Below, piece by piece: positions 35,158 to 46,350 of a stretch of DNA of 64,000 nt. Under the pieces are notes generated by a model that saw only the letters and a list, made by a program, of their open reading frames with translations, ran no database searches and was not told the origin of the DNA. The stretch's first letter is position 1; each line of letters opens with the position of its first letter. The position numbers and the translations under genes are program-made. This DNA comes from an uncultured virus (IMG/VR IMGVR_UViG_3300031963_000055) (Duplodnaviria; Heunggongvirae; Uroviricota; Caudoviricetes), in the IMG/VR virus record IMGVR_UViG_3300031963_000055, one strand, 5' to 3'.

Positions 35158-38100
35158 TAGTTACAATTTTTTTTATAAATTACTGCTTTTGCTAATATTA
35201 ATTCTTTAATTTTAGGATTGCTAACACTTTCTTTACCCAAGTTAGTTATACCACTACCTAATATTTTATTATCCGATGTTACAAAATAATTATTACCCTT
35301 ATGATTAGATGTTCTTAAAGTACCATCTTGTAATTCTTTTCTAATATTAACTTTATTTATAATTGTTTCATCTGTTAATATTTTACCATCAGAATAAGTT
35401 ATTTCACCATTAGGTTTTAATATAAAAGTATACTGATTAACCTTAATTTCTCTATTTTTTAAAGGTACACTTTTTTCTTGAGATTGCCAATCATTATTAC
35501 TAAAATTAATACTTTCTTCAATCACATCTTGATCACTAGGTAATATCTCATTAAATCCTTCATATAAAGATTCAGAGTTATCTACAACTTCTTCAGATTC
35601 AACTTGAGGTACAGGAACTAAATTCTTAGGCTTACTTAAAGCTTTAACTTTAATTTCTAATTTCTCATAACGATTATTAGGAAACTCAGTAATTACTTCA
35701 CCAAAAGGATTAATTTCTAATCTCTTACCAGGTTGACCTAAATAAGTGATTTGTCTGTAAGTAGGTTGTTTACTAATTTTAGAAGCTTCTTCATCTAATT
35801 TATATAAAGGAGTGTAATCCTTATTCATTTTAAATCTAATATAAGGAACTAATATTTCACCACCAGTAATTTCTTTTAATCTAGGATCAGTAGAATCTTT
35901 ATCAATAACTAATGTTTTACCATCTTCTAATACATTAAATAACTTATTCTCATTATCATAAGTTTTAGTAAACTTCTTAGCAAAGTTTCTAAACAACTGA
36001 TCAACAATATTATTTACTTTATTAGTTTCTGGAGCATTATTTAAAATAGTTTTTCTAATATTAGCTCTATTTTCAGATAAACCTAAATCTTGTAATATAC
36101 TTGGATCAATATATCCAGCATAACTACTAAACCCACTGAAAAATCCTGTATTAATAAATGAATGTTCAACTAAATGTTTAACTAATGGCTTATAAACTTT
36201 TGAAGGTTCATTCCATAAAGTCAATAAATCATTAATTATTAATTCTTTTTGATTTAACTCAATCTTACCATTACCTCTAATTGATAAAGTCCTAACATCT
36301 GAATTCTTCAAATTAGATACTTGTAACAATTGAAATAAGGCCATATTTTTTAATCTTTCTTGAATAACTACAGGAATTGCTTTACCAAATATTTTAAATA
36401 TTACATCTTTATGTGTATTCTCACTAGTTAGCATAGCCATATCATCCATAAACTCTTTCTCAGATAGTCTATTTTCATCTAAATAAATGTCTTTAAATGT
36501 TGTTTCAGCATCTAAATACATTTGAATAAATCCATTAATAGCGTCTCTGTCATCAGACTTTAATCTAGTAAAATCAATATTAGTAGTTCCATAAACCTTT
36601 TGAGCTACTTCATTCTTAATAGTATTAAAGAATCCTGATGCAAAGTTATAATGTTGTTGTAACACATTATATTGAGCTTGTACAGTATCAATATAAGGTT
36701 TAATAGCATTAGAATTTAATAATGTAGCAATACCTTCAATTAAAGTATTTTCAGAACTTAATGTTTTATATAATTCTAATTTACCATTAACATCTTCAAA
36801 GTTAGGTCCAGTCTCTTTATTAATACTAAATAAGTTATTTAATTGACCTAACTCAGTAATTACTTTCTCATTATTTGCATACATATTAAGTAATGCAATT
36901 TGTAACTGTAAAAACTTCAATTTCTTATATTCAGGTAATACTTCATAAGCTAATGGATTATTAGATAAAGATACTTCATCAAAAGCTTTAGGATTATTTA
37001 AATCTTCTAAAGTTAATCCTGTAAATTGTTTTAACTCATTAGAATCAATAATATCATTCTCTTCAATAGAACTTAATGTATTATTACCTAAAACTTTATC
37101 TTTTAAAGCAGTATATGCTTCACTAGTATTTGTACTAGAAGCTATTTTTTCAAACTCTTTATTATACAAAGCTTTGTAATCACCAATTACTGTATCAATA
37201 GATTTTCTTTTAAAATTTTTAGATTTTAATTGTTTATCATTTGATTCTAAAGCACTAGATAAATCTTTGATTGCAGGTTGAGCAGTAATTCTACTAGCTA
37301 TATCTGCACCTAATCCTAATCTAACTATATAAGACCATAAAGGTAATGTCTTTTCAGTAATACCAATAGAAGGTAACATCTCAGGTGTTTTTACAGCATC
37401 TAAAATTACAGCCATCATTGCTGATAACTCTTCTACAATTTTAGTATTATCATCAGATATTACTTGATTTAAATTATTTCTAGTATTAGTAGTATTCCCT
37501 GATTTAATTTTAACTCCTTGAGGAATAAATGTACCATCAGTTTTTGTTTTAGGTTTAATATTCAAATTACCTTCAGTAGCCCAAGCATGTCCAGATACCT
37601 GTAATGCAGCAATACCTTTTAATCTAGATATTTTATGGAATAAATCTTTTAATGCAACTTGATTTAAAGCTGTAAAATAGTTATTAGATTTCTTCTTAGT
37701 AGATTTTTCTTCTAACTCCTTAGCAACTTTAGCAATATTACCTGGTCCAGATGGGGTAATTAATGATTCTAACATACTTGTAGATTTAAGTATATCAAAA
37801 TAATTATCTAATAATTTATTATCTCTAGCCGGCTTAATGTTTTGTTCAATAATAGATAATTTAGAAAACTCTTCTAAAGTTAATTTATTATCCTTACTAT
37901 ACTCTTTATAGATAGAGTATCTTTCTTCAGTTTTATCTACTTCAGGTATGAATACATAAGGTTTAATTTCTCCTTTAACAGATTTACTTGCTCTAGAAAT
38001 AAACATAATTTTATCAAAGTCAAAGTCAGCACCAAATTGTGTAGTTACCTCATAAGGTAATAACATAACACCTTTATACTCTGCAGGTAAGAAATGTACA

Positions 38101-41100
38101 ACTTTAACAGCCATCATTGAGTGAGCTCCTTCAGTAGGGATACGATAAACTAACATTTGTTTCATCTCTTCAGGAATATTATCTTTAATACTACCATCTT
38201 GATTAACAAATTCTTTCATCCAAACAGGAGCTGCAGCTTCACAGAAATCAATAGAATCTTTACCTGTACTCTTAATATACTTTAAAGAAGTTCTTAATTT
38301 ATTAATTTTAGCATCAGAATTTAAATCTTCTGAAGTTAATGTGCTTGCACCAACTTGTAAACCAATTGAAGATACTTGTACAGCAGCCCCACCAGTAAAT
38401 GCTTGTCTAGTTACATTACCACTAAATATAGATGATATTAATTGAATAGTAGATTTAGAACTAATTAAATCTAAAGGATATTGGAATGTTCCATCAGGGT
38501 TTTGCTGAAATACTTTTTCAATAATAGAAGTAGCATTTCTAGAAGTAATTGCTTCTTGAATCATCTTAGTTAATTCTGGATTATTAGTTGCAAATCCTTC
38601 AATAACTTTCTGTAAAGCTTCTTCAATATTAGCTTTATCTAATAATGCAATTTCATTTTTAATATCTCTACCAGATCTACCATTATAATCTTGTTTATTT
38701 TCAACCATTCCATAGAATAGCATTTTTAATTGTCTTAAAGAACTATTTTCTGAATCTAACATGTGATCAGGATTAGCTACTTGTTCACCAAAATTGTTTA
38801 AGTCTAATTCTACGATACTTGTAGATTCAGGAGTGCTAATATCCGCTTTAAATGGAGATAAAGCCTTCATAGTAGATTCAAATGCAATTACTTGTGGATA
38901 ATTCTCATCAACATCCATTAGTTTCTTATGTTCAGCTAATAAAGGATTATTTTCTACATAAGCATTAGTTAATGGAAAAATACTACATTTTACTTGTACA
39001 GGTTCATATCTTTTAGTCTCAGCATTCCATTGATTACCATAAGAAAATGGTTTTAATACTGCTAATTTATCAGACTCTTGACCAAATACTTTTTGTAGTT
39101 CTTTAAACATGGCTTCTGATACAAACATTTGAGCATCAGTATTATTAATCATACCTACACCTTTATCATTAGTAGCATAATTATCTTCAGCTAATTCTTT
39201 AATTCTAGGATTATTAGTCTCTTCAGCAATAGCAACTAAGTCATTTAATGATTCTGATGCAGAGTATACATCTTCAATAATATTCATTTTAAACTTAGCT
39301 CCTTTTAAATATTTGTAAGATTCATCTATTGTAGAAGTATCTGCAAATTTAAGCATAGAGTATCCTTGGTAATAACGTTTACCATTATCAGCAGGACCTT
39401 TATAGAATGCAGGATCACCATTAATTAATAATGAACTTGAAATATTAAATAAATAAGAGTTTAAAGACCACTCTCTAACTATTTTATCAATAGTATTCTC
39501 TGGAATAGTACTTGATATTTTATCAGATACTAATTTACCATCAACTAATTGAACAATATTTTTATCTAATAAAGCTTGTTTTTCAGTTTTAGCAACATGT
39601 TCTAATTCTTTAATTAAAGCAGCATCTACTTTAGCTAATAAATTAGTTTTACTTAATGCAGTTAATAAATCTTCATTAGAATCTAATTGAGTTTCTAAGA
39701 ACTTATTTAATTCAGTTTTTAATTCAGAATTTATAGCATTAGTTAAATTAAACTCTAATCCTAACTTTTTACCTAAGTGATAATTATTAACTAATTTTTC
39801 TTTAGGTAGAGATTTAATATCTTTAGTTACTTGTTTAATTCTAGCTAACTCATTTAAAAATAATTGTCTAAATTCACCTAAGAATGTAGAACCTTCTAAA
39901 TTCTCTGGAACTGTTAATTTATCATAACTAAATCCAAAAGATAATCCTTTTTCTGCAGGAATAATTGGGGCATATAGTGCCGGAGCATTAGTCATATTAC
40001 CCTCAGCTTGCTTATTAACAAACATGTTAATAATCATTGCTATATAATCATCAGAATCTATTTGATTAAATTTCTTACCCTCGTTAGTATCACCTTCCAT
40101 TTTTAAACCATCTAAAGGAAACATAACTAAATTATGTCTATTTTTAAATAAGAAGTTATTTTTAAATAAAGGATCTCTTTCTAAATCTTTTTTTAATTCA
40201 GAACCTAATTGATCATTAGATAATTTATCTACTAGTTTAGAAGCAAAAGATTGGTATTGAATAGCGTATACCGATGAATTCTCAACATTATTAAATGATG
40301 AAGTAAATAATGCTGTTTGAGCATTAAGTTCCATTTTAACTAATTGATTAAATGTAGTTCTAGCATCACTAAATTTTTTATTAACCCACTTATTACTTGC
40401 ATAACTTAATAAATCTCTAGTTAAGTTTTGTAATGGGGTAAATTTATTTACTGAAGGAATATTATTAAAAGTCTCAATAGTATCATAAGATAAACCAACA
40501 CCTAGTTTATTAGCTAATTCAAATACTTCTTGAACATTTAAATCTTTACCTTTATATGACTCTACTAAAGCTTTAACTTTATCAGAGTTAACTTCATAAC
40601 TACCTTCTTCAGTATTAAATGTTCTAATATCATTAGTAACTAAATTATTAGGATCTAAAATATTAGTAGACTCCCATTTAGTTTTTAATGCTACTTCAAC
40701 ACCTTCTCTATTTGGATCAAATATTTTAAAGTCAAAAGAATCTCCTACTTTCTTATAAGTAATTAATTTATAGTTTAAAACTTGTTTATTAAAATTAGCT
40801 GCAAATTGTTGTTTAAATTTAGCTTTAGTTTCAGGGTTTTTAATAGATTCAATAGCTTCTAATACTTGTTTTAATACAGGTTTGTAAGCAGATAAATCTT
40901 GTAATTTTTTAGCCTGGCCAGCAAATGTAGTAGTACCTATTAAAGTATGTTCTAAGGTATGATATATCTCTTCAAATGAATGAAACTTTGTAAATCCATA
41001 AATATCTATATCTACTTCACCATTCTTTTTAACTACAGGAATATTAGATAAGAATAATTTAATTTCATGTGTTGCTGTTTTAATACCTGAAATAGTAGTC

Positions 41101-44100
41101 ATTTCTTTCCATCCTTTAGTTTCATTACCTTCCATAGAAGATACAATCTCATCTTCTTTAGTATCTTGTATTCCTTCTAAATCTAATACTTTAGGGTCAC
41201 TTAAATTAGATAAATCAATATTTAAATTTCTTGTAGATTTAATTTGTTTAGAAATATTTTCTAATAGCCCATTAAAATTATCATAAACTTCTTTAATAAT
41301 TTTTAACTTATTTAAATCTGGATTAGCTTTAGAATCTTCTTCTGCAAAAGTCTTAGCATACTGTTTCTTAATATCAGCTATAATCTGAGCTAATGTAGTA
41401 TTAGTAATTTTATTTAAAGGTGTTCCTTTAGCTACTTCTTGAGATATTCTATCTAATACTTGATCAGCAATAGATTTAGTTCTATCTAATTCAGCAGCCA
41501 TAGATATTTTATTCAATACTCTAACATAGGCTTGTCCAAAGTCTTTATAACTAATAGGTAAGTTTGCTAATTTAGCACCTTTACTACGATCAGCTAATTT
41601 ACCTTTAACTATTTCAGAAAATAATTTATCAGTTTGAGTAGGATTACTATTTTTAAATATGTTAAATAAATCAAATATCTTTTTAAAGAAGTTTAATATC
41701 TTCTTACCTAAAGATTGGTTTAATTCTCCATCAGCATATTTACCAAAGTCATCAGCTAATCTTTCTTCATAATGTAATTGAGTTAATACTTCATCAGATA
41801 AATTTTCATTACCTTTACCCTCTCTTAAGAATTGTAATCTCTCAACAGTAGGTTTATCATATTTTACAACAGCATCATTTAATATTCCAATACGTTCAGT
41901 ATTAGATAATATGTTTCTAAATACACCATGAAATGCTTCATGATACATTGTTTGGTTTGTAGCTCCATTAAATAAGTAAATAAGCATATTGTGAAACATA
42001 CCATAAGTATCTTTCATATTTTTACCAACTTCTTCAACTTGTTTAGCATCAGCTAAAGTTAATCCTGGTAAAATCTTATTTAGTTTTTCAATTGACTTAG
42101 AAGTTATTTCAGTACCTTCTAATTTAGTTCTACTAAAAGCTAAGTCACTACCTTCTTCAAAGTTCTCTAAATCATGTTTAGATGTAAGTACATCAGACTC
42201 TTTAGTTTCAGTAGTATTACTATTTTTAAAATTAGTTTCAAAATCAGTTAATATTTTATCATATTTATTATTAATTTCAAGTATTTCTTCATTTAGTTTA
42301 TTAGATAATTTAGAATTATCATAATCATCCCCAAATTTCCAACCTTCTGGTTTAATTGCTTCTAAATGTTGTTTAGATAATTTTTCAGCTTCTTTAAAAG
42401 ATATTTTTAAAACTTTTGTAAATAAAGTTGTGTCTGAACCATACTCATTTGAAATTCCACTTTTTGATAATAAATAATGAGCAGCAAGTAATAAATCTTT
42501 ATTTTTTAATTTAGTTAATATTTCATCTCTTTTATCACTTAAAATTTTATTTCTTTTATCGTAATAAGAATTTTCTGAATTTACATTAGTTGGTGTAACT
42601 AATTCAAAAGGTTTTTTAACAACTACTTCTGTAGCTATATAACCTTCTGGGTTATTAATTTGAATATAAGGTTGTACATAATAATTATCATTAGAATCAG
42701 TATAAGCATTAGTTACTAATACATTATTACCTAATAACTCTTCTTGATAATCAGATTTATTTAAATTGTTTACATCTAAATTAAATCTACTAGATTGTAA
42801 AGCTTGTTTTAATTCTGCAATAATTACAGGATTATTAGATTTAATATCTGTAAATTTAAAAGTATTTCCTGCAACATTAATTTTACCTATCTCAGTACCT
42901 TCTTTACTTTCAAATACTTTAATACCACTATGGTTTTTAAACTTATTACCACTACTAATAAAAATATATTTATTTAATTCTTGAATTAACTTATTGTAAT
43001 TAATAGACATACCATTATTTGATATATTATTAATTAAAGATTCAACAATAGTATTAGTTACTTTCTCAGAATTACTTGATTTACCAATAAACTCTGTAAA
43101 TACTGGAATAACAGACCAACTATCATTAGCTGTTTTAACTACTTGAAATACTCTACCTACACCTAATTTAGTTCCTTGTGGATCACTAGGATTTTCTACA
43201 GCATAAGAAGTACCTGTAAATTGATTAGCAACAACTTGTTGATTATCTGATAACTCTTTACCTACTAAAGATTCTCCATTATCATATAAAAATAATGGTT
43301 TATTATCTACTAAATCTTGAGGTCTAGTAGATACTTTTTGATCTAATACAGGAAGATTATTCTTAATTTTAATTAATAATTTACCTTTACCTTTCTCAGC
43401 GATAGTAGTCTTAAGACTACCTGAAGGTTTAGATAAAATATAAGCTCTAAGTTTTTTTAATTCTTCTAAAGCAGCAAGTACTTTAGGATCTGTAGAAGTA
43501 GTTTCATGAGGTAAAGCTAATTTACCAACTACTAATTCTTGCTCAGTTTCAGCATTTTGTAATAATGTAATCTCATCACCTGCATGTACATAAGTAACTT
43601 CAGAACCAACTTCTGCTACATTAGGGTTACTTACAGCTATTGAAACACTAGGATTAGATTCTTCAATAACCAAACCTTCTGAATCTCTAGCCCATACTTT
43701 TTTACCAGGTTGAAATTCATAATGCTTCATCATTAAAGCATTAGGTACTTTACTAGTAAATTCTTTATCTGATATTTGAGTAGGTTTATCTAAAGTTTCA
43801 TCTAAGTTAGTTGAAATATCAAAAGCATTTGAAGCACCGTTAGATATAGTTTCATCTGATTCAGATACTTCTGGAGTAGTTACTTCAGGTTGATTTAAAT
43901 TATCTAATTCAATCTCTACTTGTCTTCCTTCTTTAGTTGTAAAACCTGTTGGATTTTTTAATATTTTATCAAGAATTTCAAGTGCTTTAAGGTTATTATA
44001 ATTTTTATTTATAACATTTCTAATCTCTTGCATTGTTTTATTATAAATATCAGAATTAATATCATCTTTAATATTTCCTAATTTATCAGCATATTTATTT

Positions 44101-46349
44101 CTAATATTATTTATTTCAATAGCTGCTTTTGGAAATCCACCAACTAAAGCTTGTAATAAATAATCAGTACTTAGTATTGTGTCTTTACCTCCTGTAAATA
44201 AATAATCTAAAGCAATATCTGCATATCCGGCAGGTTGTGAATTTACATTAGCCTTAGAAGCAATATATTTTTTAACTCTATCTTTGAAGTTGTCATAGAT
44301 TTGTTGTTCTTCAGGAGTAAATATTTCACCTCCTTTCCTATTAATAATTTTATCTCCCAAATAAGATATAATTTGTTCTTCAGAAGCAGGTTGACCTTCT
44401 TCACTAACTACATCTTCTTCAACAGGAGTTACTGGAGTTTCACCTGGTGTAGTAACTACTGGTTCTCTAAAGTTATCTTCAATTGCTACTTCTTTAGCTG
44501 CAACATCTTCTAATTTTTTATTAGTAAATACTTGAGTATATTCTGGAGATATAATCTTATTATATTCTTCAGTTAAAGCAATTACATTACTTTTAATTAA
44601 TTCTTCTTTAGCTTTTAATTCTTGTAAATCTTTAGTACTAGATAATGTAGCTATTTGTTCTGGTGTACTAAAACCAGTAACTTCCATTTCTCTCTGTTGA
44701 TTAATTTGAGCATTAAGTACTTCTTGTTTAACTGCTTCAGCTTGTTTAATATTATGATTAACTTTAGCTTTATTAGCAATAACTTCTCCAACTTGAGGTA
44801 ATACAGAATGTTTTTGGTAAACTTTTTCTAAGTTCTCAATTTCTTTAATTGCTTCTTGAGCTTTAATTCTATAATCTTCACCAAACTTTTCTTTAGATGA
44901 AGGATCATTAGTAATAGATTTATATAAATTGATTAGTTGTTCAGTAGTACCATTCTTAAAAGCATCTGTAGCTTGATTAATTAATAAATCATTTTGTAAT
45001 TCACTAACTTTAAACTCATCATTATTCATTGCTGCTTCTTGAATATCGTTCAATATTGTAGCAGTAGTTTTAACATTATCTAAAGTTTCTTTAATAGTAG
45101 GAACACTTTCAGATTTAGAAAGTATTTCAATATTATTTATAGATTTTTGTTGAGCTCTAAATCTTTCTTTCTGAGATTGGTAAGTATTAACTAATACAGG
45201 AGAACCATCTTCATTTAATTTAACATTTCCATCTTCATCATAAGAAGGAGAATCTTTTTGTAAATATTTTATAGCATTAGTAGCTCCTGTTTGCATAATA
45301 CCACCTAAAAATCCTACAATACCTGTTTCAAATCCTTCTTTAGAAAGAACTTCGTTCACAGTATTATTAAAGTCATAAGTATATTTATTACCTTCCTTAG
45401 CACTTCTAATCGCTTCATTTTCAGCAATCATATTTACATTCTCTTCAACATATTCTTGAGAACCTTCTAATAATAATTTACCTAAGATTTGTTTTTTAGA
45501 AGCATCTTTAGCAACTTGTCTAGTTAATGCAATAGGCCTTAAGAAAGCTCCAGCACTAGTTAAGTTTAATGGTATATTAATTCTATTTATATTAATAGAA
45601 TATGCAGCAGCATCAGCAGCCGCTTGTCTAGCCTTAGCGTCCATTTCCTCATCACTCATTGATGGGTTTAAGGGATCCTGAGATTGTTGTAATTTATTTA
45701 ATTCAATATCATAAGATTTTTGATATACTCCCATAGCAATAGGAATACTCTCAGCTTGATTAAGCATTGCAGCATTAGTTACTGTACCAATACCTTGTAC
45801 TACTTTAGAATATTTAGTTAATTGAGATAATAATTGAACACCTTTACCTAATCCTGCACCAGTGATGGCAAATGCTCCTGCTGAATCAATCAACCCTTTA
45901 GCATTATTTAACCACCATTCTCTAGAACCTAAGGTGTTATCGTTAGATTTATAGATTTTAGTAGCTCCTTCAATATCACCTTTAACCTCTTCAGCCCAGG
46001 CAGTAACAGCATTACCAACTTCATTATTTGTATTATAATAATCTTCAAAATCTAACATTGAAGCTACATTACCAATTACAGTAAATGGAATTTTAGCAAT
46101 ACCTCCACCAATAGCATTAGCTGCTTCAGCACCCCAACCTTGTCTTTCACCACGAAGTTGTTGTAGTTTTTCAGGAGTAATATCATTCCATGAAGTTTCT
46201 TGTGGTCTATCATATTGAGATTTACCAAAATCAGTATCTCCAAAATAACCTTTACTTCCAGTATTTAAATTATACTTTGAAGTTTTTTCATTTAAAATAG
46301 ATTGAGGATCTAAATTAATATTTAAATCTAATTTATTATTATCTGGCAT
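35157..46349 (-). CDS. Giant virion RNA polymerase (crAss-like) with zincin-like module, 3730 aa
   Basis: Catalytic FGADFDFDK (about 38010-38037) preceded by YRIPTEG; HEAFH (HExxH) upstream; size and position typical of crAss-like phages. Confidence 0.9.
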   Translation of the reverse strand: MPDNNKLDLNINLDPQSILNEKTSKYNLNTGSKGYFGDTDFGKSQYDRPQETSWNDITPEKLQQLRGERQGWGAEAANAIGGGIAKIPFTVIGNVASMLDFEDYYNTNNEVGNAVTAWAEEVKGDIEGATKIYKSNDNTLGSREWWLNNAKGLIDSAGAFAITGAGLGKGVQLLSQLTKYSKVVQGIGTVTNAAMLNQAESIPIAMGVYQKSYDIELNKLQQSQDPLNPSMSDEEMDAKARQAAADAAAYSININRINIPLNLTSAGAFLRPIALTRQVAKDASKKQILGKLLLEGSQEYVEENVNMIAENEAIRSAKEGNKYTYDFNNTVNEVLSKEGFETGIVGFLGGIMQTGATNAIKYLQKDSPSYDEDGNVKLNEDGSPVLVNTYQSQKERFRAQQKSINNIEILSKSESVPTIKETLDNVKTTATILNDIQEAAMNNDEFKVSELQNDLLINQATDAFKNGTTEQLINLYKSITNDPSSKEKFGEDYRIKAQEAIKEIENLEKVYQKHSVLPQVGEVIANKAKVNHNIKQAEAVKQEVLNAQINQQREMEVTGFSTPEQIATLSSTKDLQELKAKEELIKSNVIALTEEYNKIISPEYTQVFTNKKLEDVAAKEVAIEDNFREPVVTTPGETPVTPVEEDVVSEEGQPASEEQIISYLGDKIINRKGGEIFTPEEQQIYDNFKDRVKKYIASKANVNSQPAGYADIALDYLFTGGKDTILSTDYLLQALVGGFPKAAIEINNIRNKYADKLGNIKDDINSDIYNKTMQEIRNVINKNYNNLKALEILDKILKNPTGFTTKEGRQVEIELDNLNQPEVTTPEVSESDETISNGASNAFDISTNLDETLDKPTQISDKEFTSKVPNALMMKHYEFQPGKKVWARDSEGLVIEESNPSVSIAVSNPNVAEVGSEVTYVHAGDEITLLQNAETEQELVVGKLALPHETTSTDPKVLAALEELKKLRAYILSKPSGSLKTTIAEKGKGKLLIKIKNNLPVLDQKVSTRPQDLVDNKPLFLYDNGESLVGKELSDNQQVVANQFTGTSYAVENPSDPQGTKLGVGRVFQVVKTANDSWSVIPVFTEFIGKSSNSEKVTNTIVESLINNISNNGMSINYNKLIQELNKYIFISSGNKFKNHSGIKVFESKEGTEIGKINVAGNTFKFTDIKSNNPVIIAELKQALQSSRFNLDVNNLNKSDYQEELLGNNVLVTNAYTDSNDNYYVQPYIQINNPEGYIATEVVVKKPFELVTPTNVNSENSYYDKRNKILSDKRDEILTKLKNKDLLLAAHYLLSKSGISNEYGSDTTLFTKVLKISFKEAEKLSKQHLEAIKPEGWKFGDDYDNSKLSNKLNEEILEINNKYDKILTDFETNFKNSNTTETKESDVLTSKHDLENFEEGSDLAFSRTKLEGTEITSKSIEKLNKILPGLTLADAKQVEEVGKNMKDTYGMFHNMLIYLFNGATNQTMYHEAFHGVFRNILSNTERIGILNDAVVKYDKPTVERLQFLREGKGNENLSDEVLTQLHYEERLADDFGKYADGELNQSLGKKILNFFKKIFDLFNIFKNSNPTQTDKLFSEIVKGKLADRSKGAKLANLPISYKDFGQAYVRVLNKISMAAELDRTKSIADQVLDRISQEVAKGTPLNKITNTTLAQIIADIKKQYAKTFAEEDSKANPDLNKLKIIKEVYDNFNGLLENISKQIKSTRNLNIDLSNLSDPKVLDLEGIQDTKEDEIVSSMEGNETKGWKEMTTISGIKTATHEIKLFLSNIPVVKKNGEVDIDIYGFTKFHSFEEIYHTLEHTLIGTTTFAGQAKKLQDLSAYKPVLKQVLEAIESIKNPETKAKFKQQFAANFNKQVLNYKLITYKKVGDSFDFKIFDPNREGVEVALKTKWESTNILDPNNLVTNDIRTFNTEEGSYEVNSDKVKALVESYKGKDLNVQEVFELANKLGVGLSYDTIETFNNIPSVNKFTPLQNLTRDLLSYASNKWVNKKFSDARTTFNQLVKMELNAQTALFTSSFNNVENSSVYAIQYQSFASKLVDKLSNDQLGSELKKDLERDPLFKNNFLFKNRHNLVMFPLDGLKMEGDTNEGKKFNQIDSDDYIAMIINMFVNKQAEGNMTNAPALYAPIIPAEKGLSFGFSYDKLTVPENLEGSTFLGEFRQLFLNELARIKQVTKDIKSLPKEKLVNNYHLGKKLGLEFNLTNAINSELKTELNKFLETQLDSNEDLLTALSKTNLLAKVDAALIKELEHVAKTEKQALLDKNIVQLVDGKLVSDKISSTIPENTIDKIVREWSLNSYLFNISSSLLINGDPAFYKGPADNGKRYYQGYSMLKFADTSTIDESYKYLKGAKFKMNIIEDVYSASESLNDLVAIAEETNNPRIKELAEDNYATNDKGVGMINNTDAQMFVSEAMFKELQKVFGQESDKLAVLKPFSYGNQWNAETKRYEPVQVKCSIFPLTNAYVENNPLLAEHKKLMDVDENYPQVIAFESTMKALSPFKADISTPESTSIVELDLNNFGEQVANPDHMLDSENSSLRQLKMLFYGMVENKQDYNGRSGRDIKNEIALLDKANIEEALQKVIEGFATNNPELTKMIQEAITSRNATSIIEKVFQQNPDGTFQYPLDLISSKSTIQLISSIFSGNVTRQAFTGGAAVQVSSIGLQVGASTLTSEDLNSDAKINKLRTSLKYIKSTGKDSIDFCEAAAPVWMKEFVNQDGSIKDNIPEEMKQMLVYRIPTEGAHSMMAVKVVHFLPAEYKGVMLLPYEVTTQFGADFDFDKIMFISRASKSVKGEIKPYVFIPEVDKTEERYSIYKEYSKDNKLTLEEFSKLSIIEQNIKPARDNKLLDNYFDILKSTSMLESLITPSGPGNIAKVAKELEEKSTKKKSNNYFTALNQVALKDLFHKISRLKGIAALQVSGHAWATEGNLNIKPKTKTDGTFIPQGVKIKSGNTTNTRNNLNQVISDDNTKIVEELSAMMAVILDAVKTPEMLPSIGITEKTLPLWSYIVRLGLGADIASRITAQPAIKDLSSALESNDKQLKSKNFKRKSIDTVIGDYKALYNKEFEKIASSTNTSEAYTALKDKVLGNNTLSSIEENDIIDSNELKQFTGLTLEDLNNPKAFDEVSLSNNPLAYEVLPEYKKLKFLQLQIALLNMYANNEKVITELGQLNNLFSINKETGPNFEDVNGKLELYKTLSSENTLIEGIATLLNSNAIKPYIDTVQAQYNVLQQHYNFASGFFNTIKNEVAQKVYGTTNIDFTRLKSDDRDAINGFIQMYLDAETTFKDIYLDENRLSEKEFMDDMAMLTSENTHKDVIFKIFGKAIPVVIQERLKNMALFQLLQVSNLKNSDVRTLSIRGNGKIELNQKELIINDLLTLWNEPSKVYKPLVKHLVEHSFINTGFFSGFSSYAGYIDPSILQDLGLSENRANIRKTILNNAPETNKVNNIVDQLFRNFAKKFTKTYDNENKLFNVLEDGKTLVIDKDSTDPRLKEITGGEILVPYIRFKMNKDYTPLYKLDEEASKISKQPTYRQITYLGQPGKRLEINPFGEVITEFPNNRYEKLEIKVKALSKPKNLVPVPQVESEEVVDNSESLYEGFNEILPSDQDVIEESINFSNNDWQSQEKSVPLKNREIKVNQYTFILKPNGEITYSDGKILTDETIINKVNIRKELQDGTLRTSNHKGNNYFVTSDNKILGSGITNLGKESVSNPKIKELILAKAVIYKKNCN

Positions 46350-46350
46350 A

